Below the pieces are notes generated by a model. That model had not been told where the DNA came from and searched no databases. It was given only the letters and a program-made list of their open reading frames with translations. Shown one piece after another: positions 20,101 through 29,846 of a stretch of 64,000 nucleotides of DNA; position 1 is the stretch's first letter, and every line of letters starts with the position of its first letter. The translations under genes were made by a program, and so were the position numbers. The stretch is from a virus. The stretch lies in IMG/VR virus record IMGVR_UViG_3300019776_000194, positions 20,395 through 84,394 of that record; one strand, written 5' to 3'.

Positions 20101-22600
20101 GAAAGTTTTTCTGCTTCTTGATTTCAGCATTAATCAAATCTTCTTGGATTACTTTATTTTTAGCAATGACAAGTTGTTTTGCTTTTTCTGCCTTCACCAC
20201 ACCATCTACAGCTTGCTTATACTCTAGTTGAAGTTTTGTATACTCTTTTTCGGATTGAGTTCGTTTATCATCAACGCCATATTTTTGAAGTTCCTCATAT
20301 CTTTGCTTTAGTTCTTGTAAAGTGTTTGAGTACGCAACAGTAGAGTCTCTTAAAGATTTATATACATCGTCCCCTTTGTATTTGTCTTTTATTCCAGCAA
20401 TAATTGTATTGTACTCCGATTGCAGTATTATAAGTTTTTTTACTCCGTTTTCTTCCCGATAATACTTTTCATCAATTGCCTTAATTTCTTCCTTCATTTG
20501 ATTAGTTTTATCTAGAGACCACTTCTTTAAATCAAGAGCAAGATTTTTCTGCACTTCTGCATTTTCTACCATCATCTGAGTTCCAACACGTAGTCCATTT
20601 TGCTTAGCAGCTTCCTCTTGGATTTTGTTGTATTCAGAAGTAACTTTGGCTAGTCCAATCAATCCGTTCTTGTAGTTCTCAGACTCAGACCCTTCTCTTT
20701 TTAAAGTAGCTGCAACTTCTTGAGATTTACGAATTAGCGCATCATTAGCTTGTTCGAGTTTTGATAAGTCACTAAAATCACGAACTGTTTTTGGAATAGG
20801 TGATTCTTTAATTAGACCATTCTTCTTAGCTATGAGCATGTATTGTTGCTCTAATTCGGCTGTCTCTTGCTCCATTGACTTGACTAAAGCAGGAATTCCT
20901 TCTTTTTGTCTCTCAGCTAATTTAATAGCTTCTTCCTGTGACTCGTTGTATTTATCGTAAGCCCACTTACCAGCCATAATCACAGCAGCTAGTCCAGTCA
21001 GTACAACTCCGAGAGGTGTTGAAGCTAGAGCAATTGCAGCCTTGGCAATACCGCCTATACCATCAGCTACTTTAATTAATACATTACTTTTTACTACTAA
21101 TGAAATTCCCTCGAATAAATTTGTCAAATATGATATCAAACCACCTGCTACCAGACCTCCAGCAACAATTGAGATAGTGCCTAAATTTTGAGCAACAAAA
21201 TTAAATGCTATACCTAATGTTCTGGCAATTTTTGGAACCATATCTTCTAAGTTCCTAAGAGATTTTACCATTTCTTTAGTAAAACCTTCTTCCTTTGCCA
21301 TTTCCCCAACAGCTTTTTCCCAAGCATTTTTTAGTCGAGTCAAGGCACTGTCAAAGGTGATAGGTAGTGATTCAAAATCTTTTCTCATTTGAGGTAGAGC
21401 ATTAGCTAAAGAACGTTGTAATAATTCTCCTGTAATTTTTCCCTCCGAACCCATCTTCTTCAATGTTTCAGTTGTGTTGGCTCCCCACTGTCCTGTCCTT
21501 CTTAATTCAACTTCAATTGCCCTTAGAATGTTAGGAGAAGCTTCTGCTATAGAATTGAACTCGCCGCCATTCAACCTGCCAGCATTCATAGACTGTGAGA
21601 ATTGCAACATAGCAGAAGCTGCCTCTTGTCCTGTTGCACCAGATAACTTCAATGCAGTTCCTAGGGATTCTACCATATCTTTTGTATCTTTACTACTCTT
21701 ACCCATCATCATTAAAGGATGAGATAATCTTGTGTAAAGTTTAAGAGAATCTTCTAATGGAATTCTAATCTTCTGAGACAAGTCAAATAACTCTGATTGA
21801 GCTTTTACTGCAGATTCCTGAGAGCCTGTAGCAATTTTTAACTTAGCTTCCATCATACTCCAAGCATCTGCTTGTTTTACAATACTGCTTACAAAATTAA
21901 CACCTACATAAGCTAAAGCTGCAGTAGCCATAGAGCGCAGAGTATTAACGTAAACATTTCCTCTGGTATTAACTTCTTCTAACAGTTTTTTCTTCTTGTC
22001 AAAAGCATCATTCATCTTTAAAGCTTGCTCATGTGCTTTTACCATAGCTAACTGTTGATCTGTGACTCCTCTTGCATTTATTTTCAATGCGTTAGAAGAA
22101 CTGTCAAGAGCCTTGATACGTTCTTTTTCAGCAGCTACAGCATCTTTAGTTCTCTGAATATGCATTTCATAATCACGCTTCTCCTGTATAGCTTTTTGTC
22201 TTGACAGCTCATCTGATAGTTTTTTCTCGGCAGAAATCCTAGCATTAACTGCTTCTAAGTAAGCTTCAGTATCTCGTTTCTGTTGCACAAGTTTCCGAGC
22301 ATTTTCAGCCATAGCTAATTGCTTATTTATAGACACAGCTTCTCTGAATGATTCTACATACTGCTTTGTTGCAGCATTGTAGTTCATCATATCTAGTTTT
22401 TGCTCTTGAAGCTTGCGCTTCTTTTCTTCGTCAACAACTGCCTTAGTCGATACAGCGAGCTTCTGTTGGGCAATGACAAAAGCTTTAGTCTCAGCATCCA
22501 CAGAGGAAGCTGCTTTGGCTAAATTGATAAGGTCTGTAGTAGCATCTTTAATACCTTGCGACTTTACTACGATTGATAATTCACTTGTTGTCATTGCCAT
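17120..22600 (-). CDS. Tail tape measure protein (1826 aa)
   Basis: Tape-measure domain (AMLQFSQ...GRLNGGEFNSIAEASP), long Ala-rich helices, follows the tail chaperone. Confidence 0.93.
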   Translation of the reverse strand: MAMTTSELSIVVKSQGIKDATTDLINLAKAASSVDAETKAFVIAQQKLAVSTKAVVDEEKKRKLQEQKLDMMNYNAATKQYVESFREAVSINKQLAMAENARKLVQQKRDTEAYLEAVNARISAEKKLSDELSRQKAIQEKRDYEMHIQRTKDAVAAEKERIKALDSSSNALKINARGVTDQQLAMVKAHEQALKMNDAFDKKKKLLEEVNTRGNVYVNTLRSMATAALAYVGVNFVSSIVKQADAWSMMEAKLKIATGSQESAVKAQSELFDLSQKIRIPLEDSLKLYTRLSHPLMMMGKSSKDTKDMVESLGTALKLSGATGQEAASAMLQFSQSMNAGRLNGGEFNSIAEASPNILRAIEVELRRTGQWGANTTETLKKMGSEGKITGELLQRSLANALPQMRKDFESLPITFDSALTRLKNAWEKAVGEMAKEEGFTKEMVKSLRNLEDMVPKIARTLGIAFNFVAQNLGTISIVAGGLVAGGLISYLTNLFEGISLVVKSNVLIKVADGIGGIAKAAIALASTPLGVVLTGLAAVIMAGKWAYDKYNESQEEAIKLAERQKEGIPALVKSMEQETAELEQQYMLIAKKNGLIKESPIPKTVRDFSDLSKLEQANDALIRKSQEVAATLKREGSESENYKNGLIGLAKVTSEYNKIQEEAAKQNGLRVGTQMMVENAEVQKNLALDLKKWSLDKTNQMKEEIKAIDEKYYREENGVKKLIILQSEYNTIIAGIKDKYKGDDVYKSLRDSTVAYSNTLQELKQRYEELQKYGVDDKRTQSEKEYTKLQLEYKQAVDGVVKAEKAKQLVIAKNKVIQEDLINAEIKKQKNFQENLDALTKEADATGKSAEQQEMLLEAYGKTEGELFRLKMVKEENKLTDMAQRGLNDELLTQQQKIVDNLKRESEARDELGARKNLKDLADKYESDYQAANKKIADGLYNAIGKSGESAVKKLIQDIKSWFARLVLSPIINPISNFGASIISPNAASAQGGIGNIAQLGSTLYNSITTGFAAASAASAEAFTSFATSAFGEAIGLSSSAAAMAAETAALTGSTIGAGATTGLTAAGSMGASVASMAPYVAAAVAAFQGVKAINGGFRIGGLSADAGALLGVLPRLIGMEDKKFAPQTVTGNLGTNNLTRNQAWTQEGGLLRSDRADTWKYLLSNSTATTSDGKSYVDNPNLEADKALLNQLNSMYTAIKVTTSEYAKALGMNADSIKSRTDAINFTFGKTAEETSANVAKAFEEITNSIAKDLLGNLKELALQNESSAATMGRLATNITVTNGMFKALGYTLFDLNTAGIKASDAIVTLFGGLDKFQATAGSYYENFYKEEEKTKVKVDAVAKAMKDLGKEMPTSREAFRAMVETAQKAGNNELFVGLMKVSSAFAEVVQWAEKAAEATTAVVEKMDYTNTDQMFPDWTTLRDNLKETINDLSQTAQKWLSVSKQASDIRAQINTVLWGSEATREAAVKKSEKLWKMMASDITVEQKLSIAGELKDSIISKYQIERDSITKMIDFTKQLRTYVDGLKLGSLSPLTMTQKLAEARKQYEATLTKAQAGDTIAQGALTGSANTYLELARTAYASSDAYQAIFNSITNSLDAMNIDSRSAEEKLVAINEAQKQELIKLVIQMNTIESVAESYYTTTVNTMSSQLTVLNNLYTKMGVFDGIAVDVAGLPAELAAALSGTFGRASGADYVTALYSKFANKTGNQIDAEGMAYWTREFEIYGREYVLKSFQDSVEKVNAKAASMAPPPAATTTASNEYKLQVEDLKNEIAMMRQDAQAQTVALMNTLIETSRTNAETIVEGTQEGLDKNNPNWNKVTME

Positions 22601-22612
22601 ATTAGGCTTCCT

Positions 22613-23454
22613 TTATCTACTTTGTTTTGCAGCCTCAATTGAAGCCCTAAATTTACTTGCTACTGATTTTCTACGTTCTACAGTCATATCTATTTCAGAG
22701 TACGGAGCGGGTCTGCCCATATCTGTTCCTGCATGAACCTCTGAGACGTAAGCACAACTCATCTCGTACAACATATTTGCTTCCCAAGGAGTTAATCGCT
22801 TATCAGCAATCTCATTCCATGAATATAATTCTTGCCACGTTATCGGAGTAGCCCCATTCATACCCTGCCCACAAAGCCCCATCTCATAAAACAAAAGGAC
22901 TAGAAACTCGGCTGTGCATTGCGGCAAAGAGAGTTCTAGTCCTAATTCTTGTTCTAACAGTTTTGCAGCTCTAGTCTTCTTTTCTTTCTCTGGTACGCTG
23001 TGATACCATCCTAATTGTTTTGCAAAGAGTAGAAGCTCTTCAGACAGGGTTAGAAGAAATTTGCGTTATCTTCCAGAGCTGATTCAGCAAATTCTAACAA
23101 CCAATGGTACTCTGGATTGCCGTATAATTCTTCCAGTGCTGCTGTGTTATCATACTTGCTACCATCATCTGCTTCGAGATGTTCAATCTTAGCTGTCATA
23201 GCTGCGATGAACTTTACACGGTCTGCCAACAATTGCTTGCCAGTGGTTTTAGATTTTACTTTTGCTTGCTGTTTTGCAATGAAGCTATCTGTCTGTGCTT
23301 CAGTGAAATCACGATATTGCTTAGAGGCTTTACCGTAGATGTGAAGAGTGACTTTATTACCTTTATCATCTACTAATTCACCTACGGATGGATGCAATAC
23401 AGTAACTGCGACAGCAGATGTTTTAGCTTTGAGGCTTGAGAGTTTAAATGACAT
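22613..23454 (-). CDS. Tail assembly chaperone G (23050-23454, 134 aa) and -1 frameshift product GT (about 280 aa, ending at 22613)
   Basis: Lies between tail tube and tape measure; slippery A-AAT-TTC at 23056-23062 just before the G stop; the -1 frame is open through ...LPQCTAEF... to 22613. Confidence 0.85.
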
Positions 23455-23500
23455 GTTATTTATATCCTTATAGTTTGAGAGAATTTTAATTTATGTTGTA

Positions 23501-23527
23501 AGAGGGGAATCTATGTTCCCCTTCTTG
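23501..23527 (-). terminator. Hairpin/terminator after the major tail gene
   Basis: GGGGAA-loop-TTCCCC stem. Confidence 0.5.
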
Positions 23528-23537
23528 TTGCTAGTTA

Positions 23538-23990
23538 TTAAACAGGTACTTCAACGATCACAGAAGTAATCTCGTAGTTTGCACTACCAGCTACAACGTT
23601 ATCAATCGTACCAATTTTCTTAACGAATGATGTAAACAAGCACATGAAGTATGTTACAGCACCATCTTGTTCTTCTACTTTAACTGCAAATGGCAAGTCT
23701 GATACAGAAGCTGCTTTAACGAGAATCTGACCTGCATCAGAAGCTTTAGAAGCAAACTCGTAAGAGCCTGAACCATTGTTAATACTACCTTTAAATTTCT
23801 TAATAACACGATTGCTCAATGGGCTATGGTTAATAACGTTAACTGTTGCACCAAAGTCACCTACGTTAGTGATTTCACCAACTTCAACGTATGTTTTAGC
23901 TGCAAAACCAGCTTGGTCAAATGTTGCTGGATCACCACCTACTGTTGCAATAGAGAGCTTCGTACCTGCTGCGCTGTGAATTTCTGACAT
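23538..23990 (-). CDS. Major tail tube protein
   Basis: AGTKLSI...VGEITNVGDFG...KFKGSINNG pattern of siphovirus tube proteins; position. Confidence 0.85.
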   Translation of the reverse strand: MSEIHSAAGTKLSIATVGGDPATFDQAGFAAKTYVEVGEITNVGDFGATVNVINHSPLSNRVIKKFKGSINNGSGSYEFASKASDAGQILVKAASVSDLPFAVKVEEQDGAVTYFMCLFTSFVKKIGTIDNVVAGSANYEITSVIVEVPV

Positions 23991-24010
23991 GTTGTTTCCT
24001 TTTAATTATA

Positions 24011-24370
24011 TTAAGCGTATACTGTGATTTTTAATGTTGCTGCGCCTGAAAGGGTAACAACGCCTGTTGTGCCTGCTAAATAAGCTTTAATCTTATCTAA
24101 GTTGATAATTTTCTTTGCACCTGCTGCGATAGTCACGTTGTAGCCTGCTGACAAGTCAATCGTAGTAGAGGTATTCGGTACAGGGTATGTTGCTGATGGA
24201 GACGTACCTTTGATGTTCAATGTCAAACTACCGCCTGTAGTATTATCCATCTCTACCAATTGACCACTACCCGCAACGTATGTTAATGTGTCAGAAGCAG
24301 ATGCTGTATTGACAGTAGCTGTTGCCACACCTGTTGCACTTTGTAACACTGTGCTTGTTAATGCTGCCAT
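24011..24370 (-). CDS. Virion structural protein (tail/neck decoration candidate)
   Basis: Beta-rich Ala/Thr/Gly sequence, strong SD, upstream of the tail tube gene. Confidence 0.55.
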   Translation of the reverse strand: MAALTSTVLQSATGVATATVNTASASDTLTYVAGSGQLVEMDNTTGGSLTLNIKGTSPSATYPVPNTSTTIDLSAGYNVTIAAGAKKIINLDKIKAYLAGTTGVVTLSGAATLKITVYA

Positions 24371-24433
24371 TTTATTTCCTTTATTAAATTTGCCTTACGG
24401 CTAGATAAAGCCCTTGAGGGGCAAATTTTGCTG

Positions 24434-24835
24434 CTAATAATTTTCTTGCCTGTATCTGAAGCGTACAGGTGTTACGAGCCACTGTGCTTCATAAAGTGTG
24501 TTCATAATGCTACCTGTTTGTTCTATAGAGACTGTTCCAGTCTTGGGAACGACAGGGAAGAGGTCTATGAGAGCTTGTGCGAGTTCTTCTGACTTCTTTG
24601 TACCAACACCTTCTTTTGTGTATATGTTAAACTGTATCAATCCTGTCAGAGTTTTTCTTGCTGCGCTTACAGTTTGGTTGACAGTTGTAGCAGGAATGAT
24701 GTATAGTTCTATGAATGTTGTGTCAGGTTTTGTGAAAGCTACATTCTCGTAAGCAATTGGAATTGCAGGAGATTGAGCTGCTGCCCAAGCTTTCACTTTA
24801 GCTTCTACTTCTAAGCGTATTGTTCTTTGTGTCAT
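24434..24835 (-). CDS. Tail terminator protein
   Basis: IAYENVAF.P...G..Q.NIY...G.GT...L...FP pattern; position. Confidence 0.75.
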   Translation of the reverse strand: MTQRTIRLEVEAKVKAWAAAQSPAIPIAYENVAFTKPDTTFIELYIIPATTVNQTVSAARKTLTGLIQFNIYTKEGVGTKKSEELAQALIDLFPVVPKTGTVSIEQTGSIMNTLYEAQWLVTPVRFRYRQENY

Positions 24836-24837
24836 GT

Positions 24838-25335
24838 TTAGCCTATCTTAGCCTTGATCTTAGCAATACTTGTGTCTATCATTGCATATGGCTTGCTGTG
24901 AGAACCGTTCCAATAAGACCAATCACCATAACCCTCAATAACAACAGCCTCACCCTTAGGATACCCTATAGAATCTACACGATAAGCATACGGCACATTA
25001 TTTGTTAGTGATAGATATCCATCTTTGGCAACAAATGTCTTAGCTGATTTCATTGCCTCAATTCTTGTTATGCTGTCACCACCGTTGTCAGATTTATCAG
25101 AAGTCTCTTCTTGAGAGATTTTATTCTCTGCAGGATACCATTGATTTGCTAACAAACCATCTGTGTATTCAGGACTGCTAGGAGAAGCTCCTCTAGTTTG
25201 TCCTTTCCAAGAAGGACTTGGTGTGAGGTGAACAACAGACAATGAAGTTTCTACAAACACATCGACTATCTTATCATTAACTTCCTGTTGAAGCTCTTTG
25301 ATGTTTGCTTTAATGCTGTCTGCAAAGCTTCCCAT
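24838..25335 (-). CDS. Neck / tail completion protein (HK97 gp10-like)
   Basis: TP...G.L.NQW and LTNNVPYA motifs. Confidence 0.7.
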   Translation of the reverse strand: MGSFADSIKANIKELQQEVNDKIVDVFVETSLSVVHLTPSPSWKGQTRGASPSSPEYTDGLLANQWYPAENKISQEETSDKSDNGGDSITRIEAMKSAKTFVAKDGYLSLTNNVPYAYRVDSIGYPKGEAVVIEGYGDWSYWNGSHSKPYAMIDTSIAKIKAKIG

Positions 25336-25349
25336 TTGTTTGTCCTATG

Positions 25350-25378
25350 ATTATACTATGATAGTGGTTAAAAGTCAA
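25350..25378 (-). promoter_or_regulatory. Sigma70-type promoter
   Basis: TTGACT-17 bp-TATAAT on the - strand. Confidence 0.75.
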
Positions 25379-25385
25379 TAGCTGC

Positions 25386-25664
25386 CTATCGTTGCTTGCA
25401 AAATAAAAATATAGTTCTAGAATCTTTTCTTCCAACAGATGTGGTAATTGAATTTATTAGTTTATACCTAGACTTATCAATCCCGCCTTCTACTAAAATA
25501 GAAGTAATTGTCCCTGAGTTCTGAGGAGAGGAAGCTGATAAACTCCCCACATCCCATGTACTCTCTACAATTGTTTCACCGTCCTCAAGCCAACCTTCTA
25601 TCTGCCAGTTAAGCCCATAATCTAGCTTTGCTCCAACAGAATGTTCAAACTCTTTATCCATCAT
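25386..25664 (-). CDS. Fibre/neck adaptor-like small virion protein
   Basis: LDY..NW...L..GETI..S.W...GG.....I.T..GR.D.RT pattern; follows the repeat protein. Confidence 0.55.
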   Translation of the reverse strand: MMDKEFEHSVGAKLDYGLNWQIEGWLEDGETIVESTWDVGSLSASSPQNSGTITSILVEGGIDKSRYKLINSITTSVGRKDSRTIFLFCKQR

Positions 25665-26725
25665 TTCACCCTTAATATTCTAATTTCTTTTTTAACATTA
25701 TCTATCCTGTTTTCAGCAGTTACGTTAGAGAATCTATTTTGTCTCTTAACATTCAATGTTCTTAGAACATCAAGTACATAAGTGATTGGGGTTTCTACAG
25801 TTGCATCAGCTACCAACGTATCAGTATCTTCAGAAGCATTTAAAGATGCACCAATACTAGAAGAAACTTCAGAAATACAAGTGTCTCCATCATCGTACAC
25901 ATTAGCATTAGCAGCTACAACATTCATAGCATATGATGCTAATGTGTCTGCAACTTCTCCAACTGCAAACGATGCTTGAATTAATGTCGCAGCAGAGGAC
26001 GTTACACTGTCACTGCTTTCTGTTATATTTGCACTACCAGATATGGGTGCGAATCCTGCAGTGGCTGAAATAGTGTCAGCAAGCTCTTGAGCATTTGCTG
26101 TGGCAACTATTGCAACAGTACCTCCACTTACAACAGAATCAGAAGCTTCAGTTCTGGATACATTTCCAGAAATAGCCACCGTACCAGCAGACGTTACAGT
26201 TGTAGCAGACTCTGTTATTGATGCTGCACAAGAAACTAAAACTCCACCACTACTTGTTGCGCTTGTTGCGTCTTCTGTCATCGAAGAACTTGCAACAATG
26301 GCTACAGTGGAGCTACTTGAAACATTGTCAGCAGATTCTGTGATGTTAGCGTCTCCAGTTATAGGAGTGCTACCAACCGATCCACTACTTGTAACAGTAT
26401 CTGATCCTTCTGTAGTACTTGAAGTGCCGACAACAGCCACACTAGAAGTAGAAGACAAGCTTGTAGCTGATTCAGTTATTGTAGCTGTTCCAGATATACT
26501 AACAACTGTTGCGTTAGTTAGCGAGTCTGCCGATTCAGAAATACTTGCATTACCTGAGACATTCACACTGGAAGTGTTTACAAGAACATCAGCACTCTCT
26601 GTTATGTTCGCAGAAGAGCTTACAGAAATACCGGAGCTTGATGTCAGATTGTCTGGAGACTCTGGGATATTTGCATTAGCAGATATCCCAGAGCCGCTAT
26701 CTAATAGAGCTAGTAATAACGACAT
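25661..26725 (-). CDS. Virion fibre-like protein with about 14 x 21-aa repeats
   Basis: Repeat A(N/S)ITES.D...S...V.(I/V) with a 21-aa period. Confidence 0.7.
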   Translation of the reverse strand: MSLLLALLDSGSGISANANIPESPDNLTSSSGISVSSSANITESADVLVNTSSVNVSGNASISESADSLTNATVVSISGTATITESATSLSSTSSVAVVGTSSTTEGSDTVTSSGSVGSTPITGDANITESADNVSSSSTVAIVASSSMTEDATSATSSGGVLVSCAASITESATTVTSAGTVAISGNVSRTEASDSVVSGGTVAIVATANAQELADTISATAGFAPISGSANITESSDSVTSSAATLIQASFAVGEVADTLASYAMNVVAANANVYDDGDTCISEVSSSIGASLNASEDTDTLVADATVETPITYVLDVLRTLNVKRQNRFSNVTAENRIDNVKKEIRILRVK

Positions 26726-26742
26726 CTAAAGCTCCTATTAAA

Positions 26743-28215
26743 TTACTCCCAACCGTACACAAACGTTACCGTATGAGCGATTGTTCCCGATGTACCAACT
26801 GTCCCAACGTGCTTTGTTACCAATTGAATAAACTCGCCTGCATTGACAAAGATAGGTGCATCACCTAGGTCACAGAATGTTGTGGCTTGTTGCACTGCTG
26901 TACTGACTGCTTGGTTAGCTGTCACTACTTGAGTGAAAGGAAGTGCAATACGCCTTGGTGCTTTTGCTGCGACACCTTCTACTGTTGCTAAAGAAACGTT
27001 TGTATGCCCCCAAGCTAAAGAGTATTGAGCGATATATGGAGCACCAACAATTACTGTTTGTACATAACTTGTCAGATACAGCCCACGCACTATAAGTCTA
27101 CGAGAAGTACCATTTAGTGTAATAGAAGGAACTTGATACGAACAAATAATACCGTCTGTATTCACTGCAAGAGATACTGTCTCCCAGAATTGTCCTCCTA
27201 AACCAGAACCTAAAGCCGCTGTGGTATTTGTTGGAACTGCTGCTGTTGGGTTGGCACTATTAGCATAGTTTGCCAAGCTACCCATTGTACCACCAGACTG
27301 ACCTTGATAACCACCGTAAATTCTATTGCCTTGTGTGGACAATGTTGTGGAAACATTAGAGCCACCTAGACGTACATTGTAAGACCCTAGTTGTGCTTGT
27401 AATACAGACCCTGCACCACCACCTGTAATTCTGTGCTTAAAGCCAAACTGCACACCAGTTGCCATTACGAGACGACCTTGACCTAAAGGCAGGGGTATGC
27501 TGCCTAATAATTGAGTAGAGATACCGTCATTAACCCAGAAGTATGCTGCCACACCACCTAAGTAACAAATAAACTGATACTTTTTATTATTCGTATAAGT
27601 CCAAGTACCAGCACCATCTGCTAACGGAAACACTCCTGTCAAAGTTTCAGTTCCGCTATTAGACAATACACCCATTAGTCCTGCTGAGGTAAGCCTAAAG
27701 AAGCATCCATCTGTAGGTGCTGCAGTAGTTGAAGATGATTGCATTAACCCAAATTCTACAAAAGTGTTGGCACTAGGTTGAGCACTAAAACCAACAGTCA
27801 TATCAGCACTCAATGTCTGAGTTCCTGTGTTCGGGAACGTAGCATAAGTTAGCAGTTGTACGCCTGTAGTTGTTGTGGTGATACTAGCAGAGTTCGTAGT
27901 AAACTGCCCTGCTGTCCACGTACTAGCCATTGTAGTGACGTTATGAGAATGCTTACCTGTGTTTTGTGCTGTGTAGTTAAATACTTCTTCGTCAAGAATC
28001 AAGTCTTGAGATACTCGAAGACGGAAATCTGTGTCCACTTCAGAAGAATACAACCAAGGAGTACCTGTTATATCTCCAGTGTCATTCTCATTAAACTGCC
28101 TCTGTCCACCCATATACAACGGATCAAGAGATGATGTGGTTTTTAAGTGCCCACCAGCATCTACTTCAGCTCCGTTGTTGCTTGTGCTGCCAAAAATTTT
28201 GCTATCCAGCGCCAT
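26743..28215 (-). CDS. Virion accessory protein (beta-rich, lectin-like)
   Basis: 490-aa ORF within the head-neck module; G/T/S-rich beta sequence. Confidence 0.55.
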   Translation of the reverse strand: MALDSKIFGSTSNNGAEVDAGGHLKTTSSLDPLYMGGQRQFNENDTGDITGTPWLYSSEVDTDFRLRVSQDLILDEEVFNYTAQNTGKHSHNVTTMASTWTAGQFTTNSASITTTTTGVQLLTYATFPNTGTQTLSADMTVGFSAQPSANTFVEFGLMQSSSTTAAPTDGCFFRLTSAGLMGVLSNSGTETLTGVFPLADGAGTWTYTNNKKYQFICYLGGVAAYFWVNDGISTQLLGSIPLPLGQGRLVMATGVQFGFKHRITGGGAGSVLQAQLGSYNVRLGGSNVSTTLSTQGNRIYGGYQGQSGGTMGSLANYANSANPTAAVPTNTTAALGSGLGGQFWETVSLAVNTDGIICSYQVPSITLNGTSRRLIVRGLYLTSYVQTVIVGAPYIAQYSLAWGHTNVSLATVEGVAAKAPRRIALPFTQVVTANQAVSTAVQQATTFCDLGDAPIFVNAGEFIQLVTKHVGTVGTSGTIAHTVTFVYGWE

Positions 28216-28230
28216 ATTTATTCCTTTTAA

Positions 28231-28521
28231 TTAAGCCCACACCCACCGAACTTTTACCTTGCCAGTAATCTTCTCTGTGGACGTACCATATATTGTAAAA
28301 CCAACACCGTCAGTAGGTACTCCACAAGTTATACTCGTAAAGACTGCTATATAGGCTTGATCGTTTGCTGTGTGATTTGTGGAATCTTCTCTCATTATCC
28401 AAGCCTCAGCAGCACTTGTAGAGAGGATGGCAGATTGACCTGTTACAGCAACAGAAGCTTCATTTGCTCCGTTACTACCAAGTACTCCAAAATCCAGTTC
28501 TGCATTTCCAGTAGCTGACAT
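28231..28521 (-). CDS. Small virion protein
   Basis: ORF in the structural operon. Confidence 0.6.
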   Translation of the reverse strand: MSATGNAELDFGVLGSNGANEASVAVTGQSAILSTSAAEAWIMREDSTNHTANDQAYIAVFTSITCGVPTDGVGFTIYGTSTEKITGKVKVRWVWA

Positions 28522-28531
28522 AGTTTACCTA

Positions 28532-28930
28532 TCAGGTGTTGGCTGAGTTCAGTGTAAAGGAATTTACTGTAACTACCTGAGATGTTGCGATTGAACTATT
28601 ATCTAAGATGAGGTCTGTACCAGACATACCTGCAGTACCTTGTAACCCTGTTGTGCTTCCAGCGCTATCTACGATACGGAAGTAGCCTGCGGTTCCGGTT
28701 CCAGACGCAGTTCCCGACCAAGTTCCAGATTTAGCTTTAGAAGCACTAGAAGCTGCTGCCATCCAATCTGAAGGGAGTGCCATTTCTACTAGCAAAGTCC
28801 CTGTAGCCGCTGCTGCACAGTTAGCAGGAGCACTACCAGTATAGATACGAAGCTTTGCAGATGTGCTGATTGTAGTTTCGATTGCGTCAAGACGCGCATT
28901 GTTTACAGCGATAGAATATTGTAAAGCCAT
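28532..28930 (-). CDS. Virion structural protein
   Basis: LRIYTG..P.......GT.L...GTAGYFRI pattern common in phage neck/fibre modules. Confidence 0.65.
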   Translation of the reverse strand: MALQYSIAVNNARLDAIETTISTSAKLRIYTGSAPANCAAAATGTLLVEMALPSDWMAAASSASKAKSGTWSGTASGTGTAGYFRIVDSAGSTTGLQGTAGMSGTDLILDNSSIATSQVVTVNSFTLNSANT

Positions 28931-28932
28931 TA

Positions 28933-29349
28933 TTATTTCCTAAGATGAAATTCAAATAAAAAATCATTCCCATTCACACCACTAGGATTGACTGTCTTTA
29001 GTGCAAAGATTTTCCACTCTACACCGTCTATTGTTATTGTGTCACGGTTAGCTTTAATCACAGGAGGTGTTGCATCAGGGTCTGTTTGATTGACAGGACG
29101 CATCATACAATATTTATCACCGTCACCAATCATCGTATTGAACTTAGAAGATAGGCCAGCATTACTCTGTGGGAAATCGAACATCCCTTGTTCTACTTGG
29201 TACGTAGTTTTTGTTCTTACCACTTCACCGTCAACGTATTCGTCAGTGTCTGAGTAGATATTCAATACACCAACACCACTGAAAGCACCTAGCATATCTC
29301 GTACCACATTATGAAATAAATTTAAGTTTATTCTCATACAGGAATCCAT
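28933..29349 (-). CDS. Head closure / head-tail joining protein
   Basis: GDK...P...D.ITIDG.EW.I...NPSG pattern; position. Confidence 0.7.
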   Translation of the reverse strand: MDSCMRINLNLFHNVVRDMLGAFSGVGVLNIYSDTDEYVDGEVVRTKTTYQVEQGMFDFPQSNAGLSSKFNTMIGDGDKYCMMRPVNQTDPDATPPVIKANRDTITIDGVEWKIFALKTVNPSGVNGNDFLFEFHLRK

Positions 29350-29768
29350 GCATCTGTTTTAGCAGCATTGTCAAGTTCCATCTGTTCACTTTGAGTTCCT
29401 GCAACAAAACCCTCATACCAGTCGTCTTGAAATTGCACAAGAGGGTGCGTTGTGTTATTGCTTGCAGAGTATGGGATTGGACAGGTTTGAGAGATGCTTG
29501 GGTTGAGAACTACTTTCGTTAAGAACGTCATGTAGTTGTTAAAAGCTTCGCTCCCCCAGATTTCTATATTAACAAGGCGTTGATGAGTGTTCTGTGATAG
29601 TAGAGCTAAAATGTACTGAGCACATGTTGCTGTAGCTCGTGATAAGCTGTTGTTGCAGTCTGTATAAGTAGTTTCATATACAGAATCAGAAAGCATTGGC
29701 AAATCAGAGGTGTCACCACAACGCAATCTTAGCTTTCCGACAACTGTGGTTGGATCAATTATTGCCAT
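29334..29768 (-). CDS. Head-tail adaptor
   Basis: VGKLRL.CGDT...LSD pattern, directly after the capsid gene. Confidence 0.7.
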   Translation of the reverse strand: MAIIDPTTVVGKLRLRCGDTSDLPMLSDSVYETTYTDCNNSLSRATATCAQYILALLSQNTHQRLVNIEIWGSEAFNNYMTFLTKVVLNPSISQTCPIPYSASNNTTHPLVQFQDDWYEGFVAGTQSEQMELDNAAKTDAWIPV

Positions 29769-29797
29769 TTGTTTTCCTTTAGATTAGTTTACTAACT

Positions 29798-29830
29798 GAA
29801 ATACCCTCCCATTTCTGAGAAGGTATTTTA
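29798..29830 (-). terminator. Terminator after the major capsid gene
   Basis: AAATACC...GGTATTT inverted repeat. Confidence 0.55.
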
Positions 29831-29846
29831 TTAGTAGACTAAGTTA

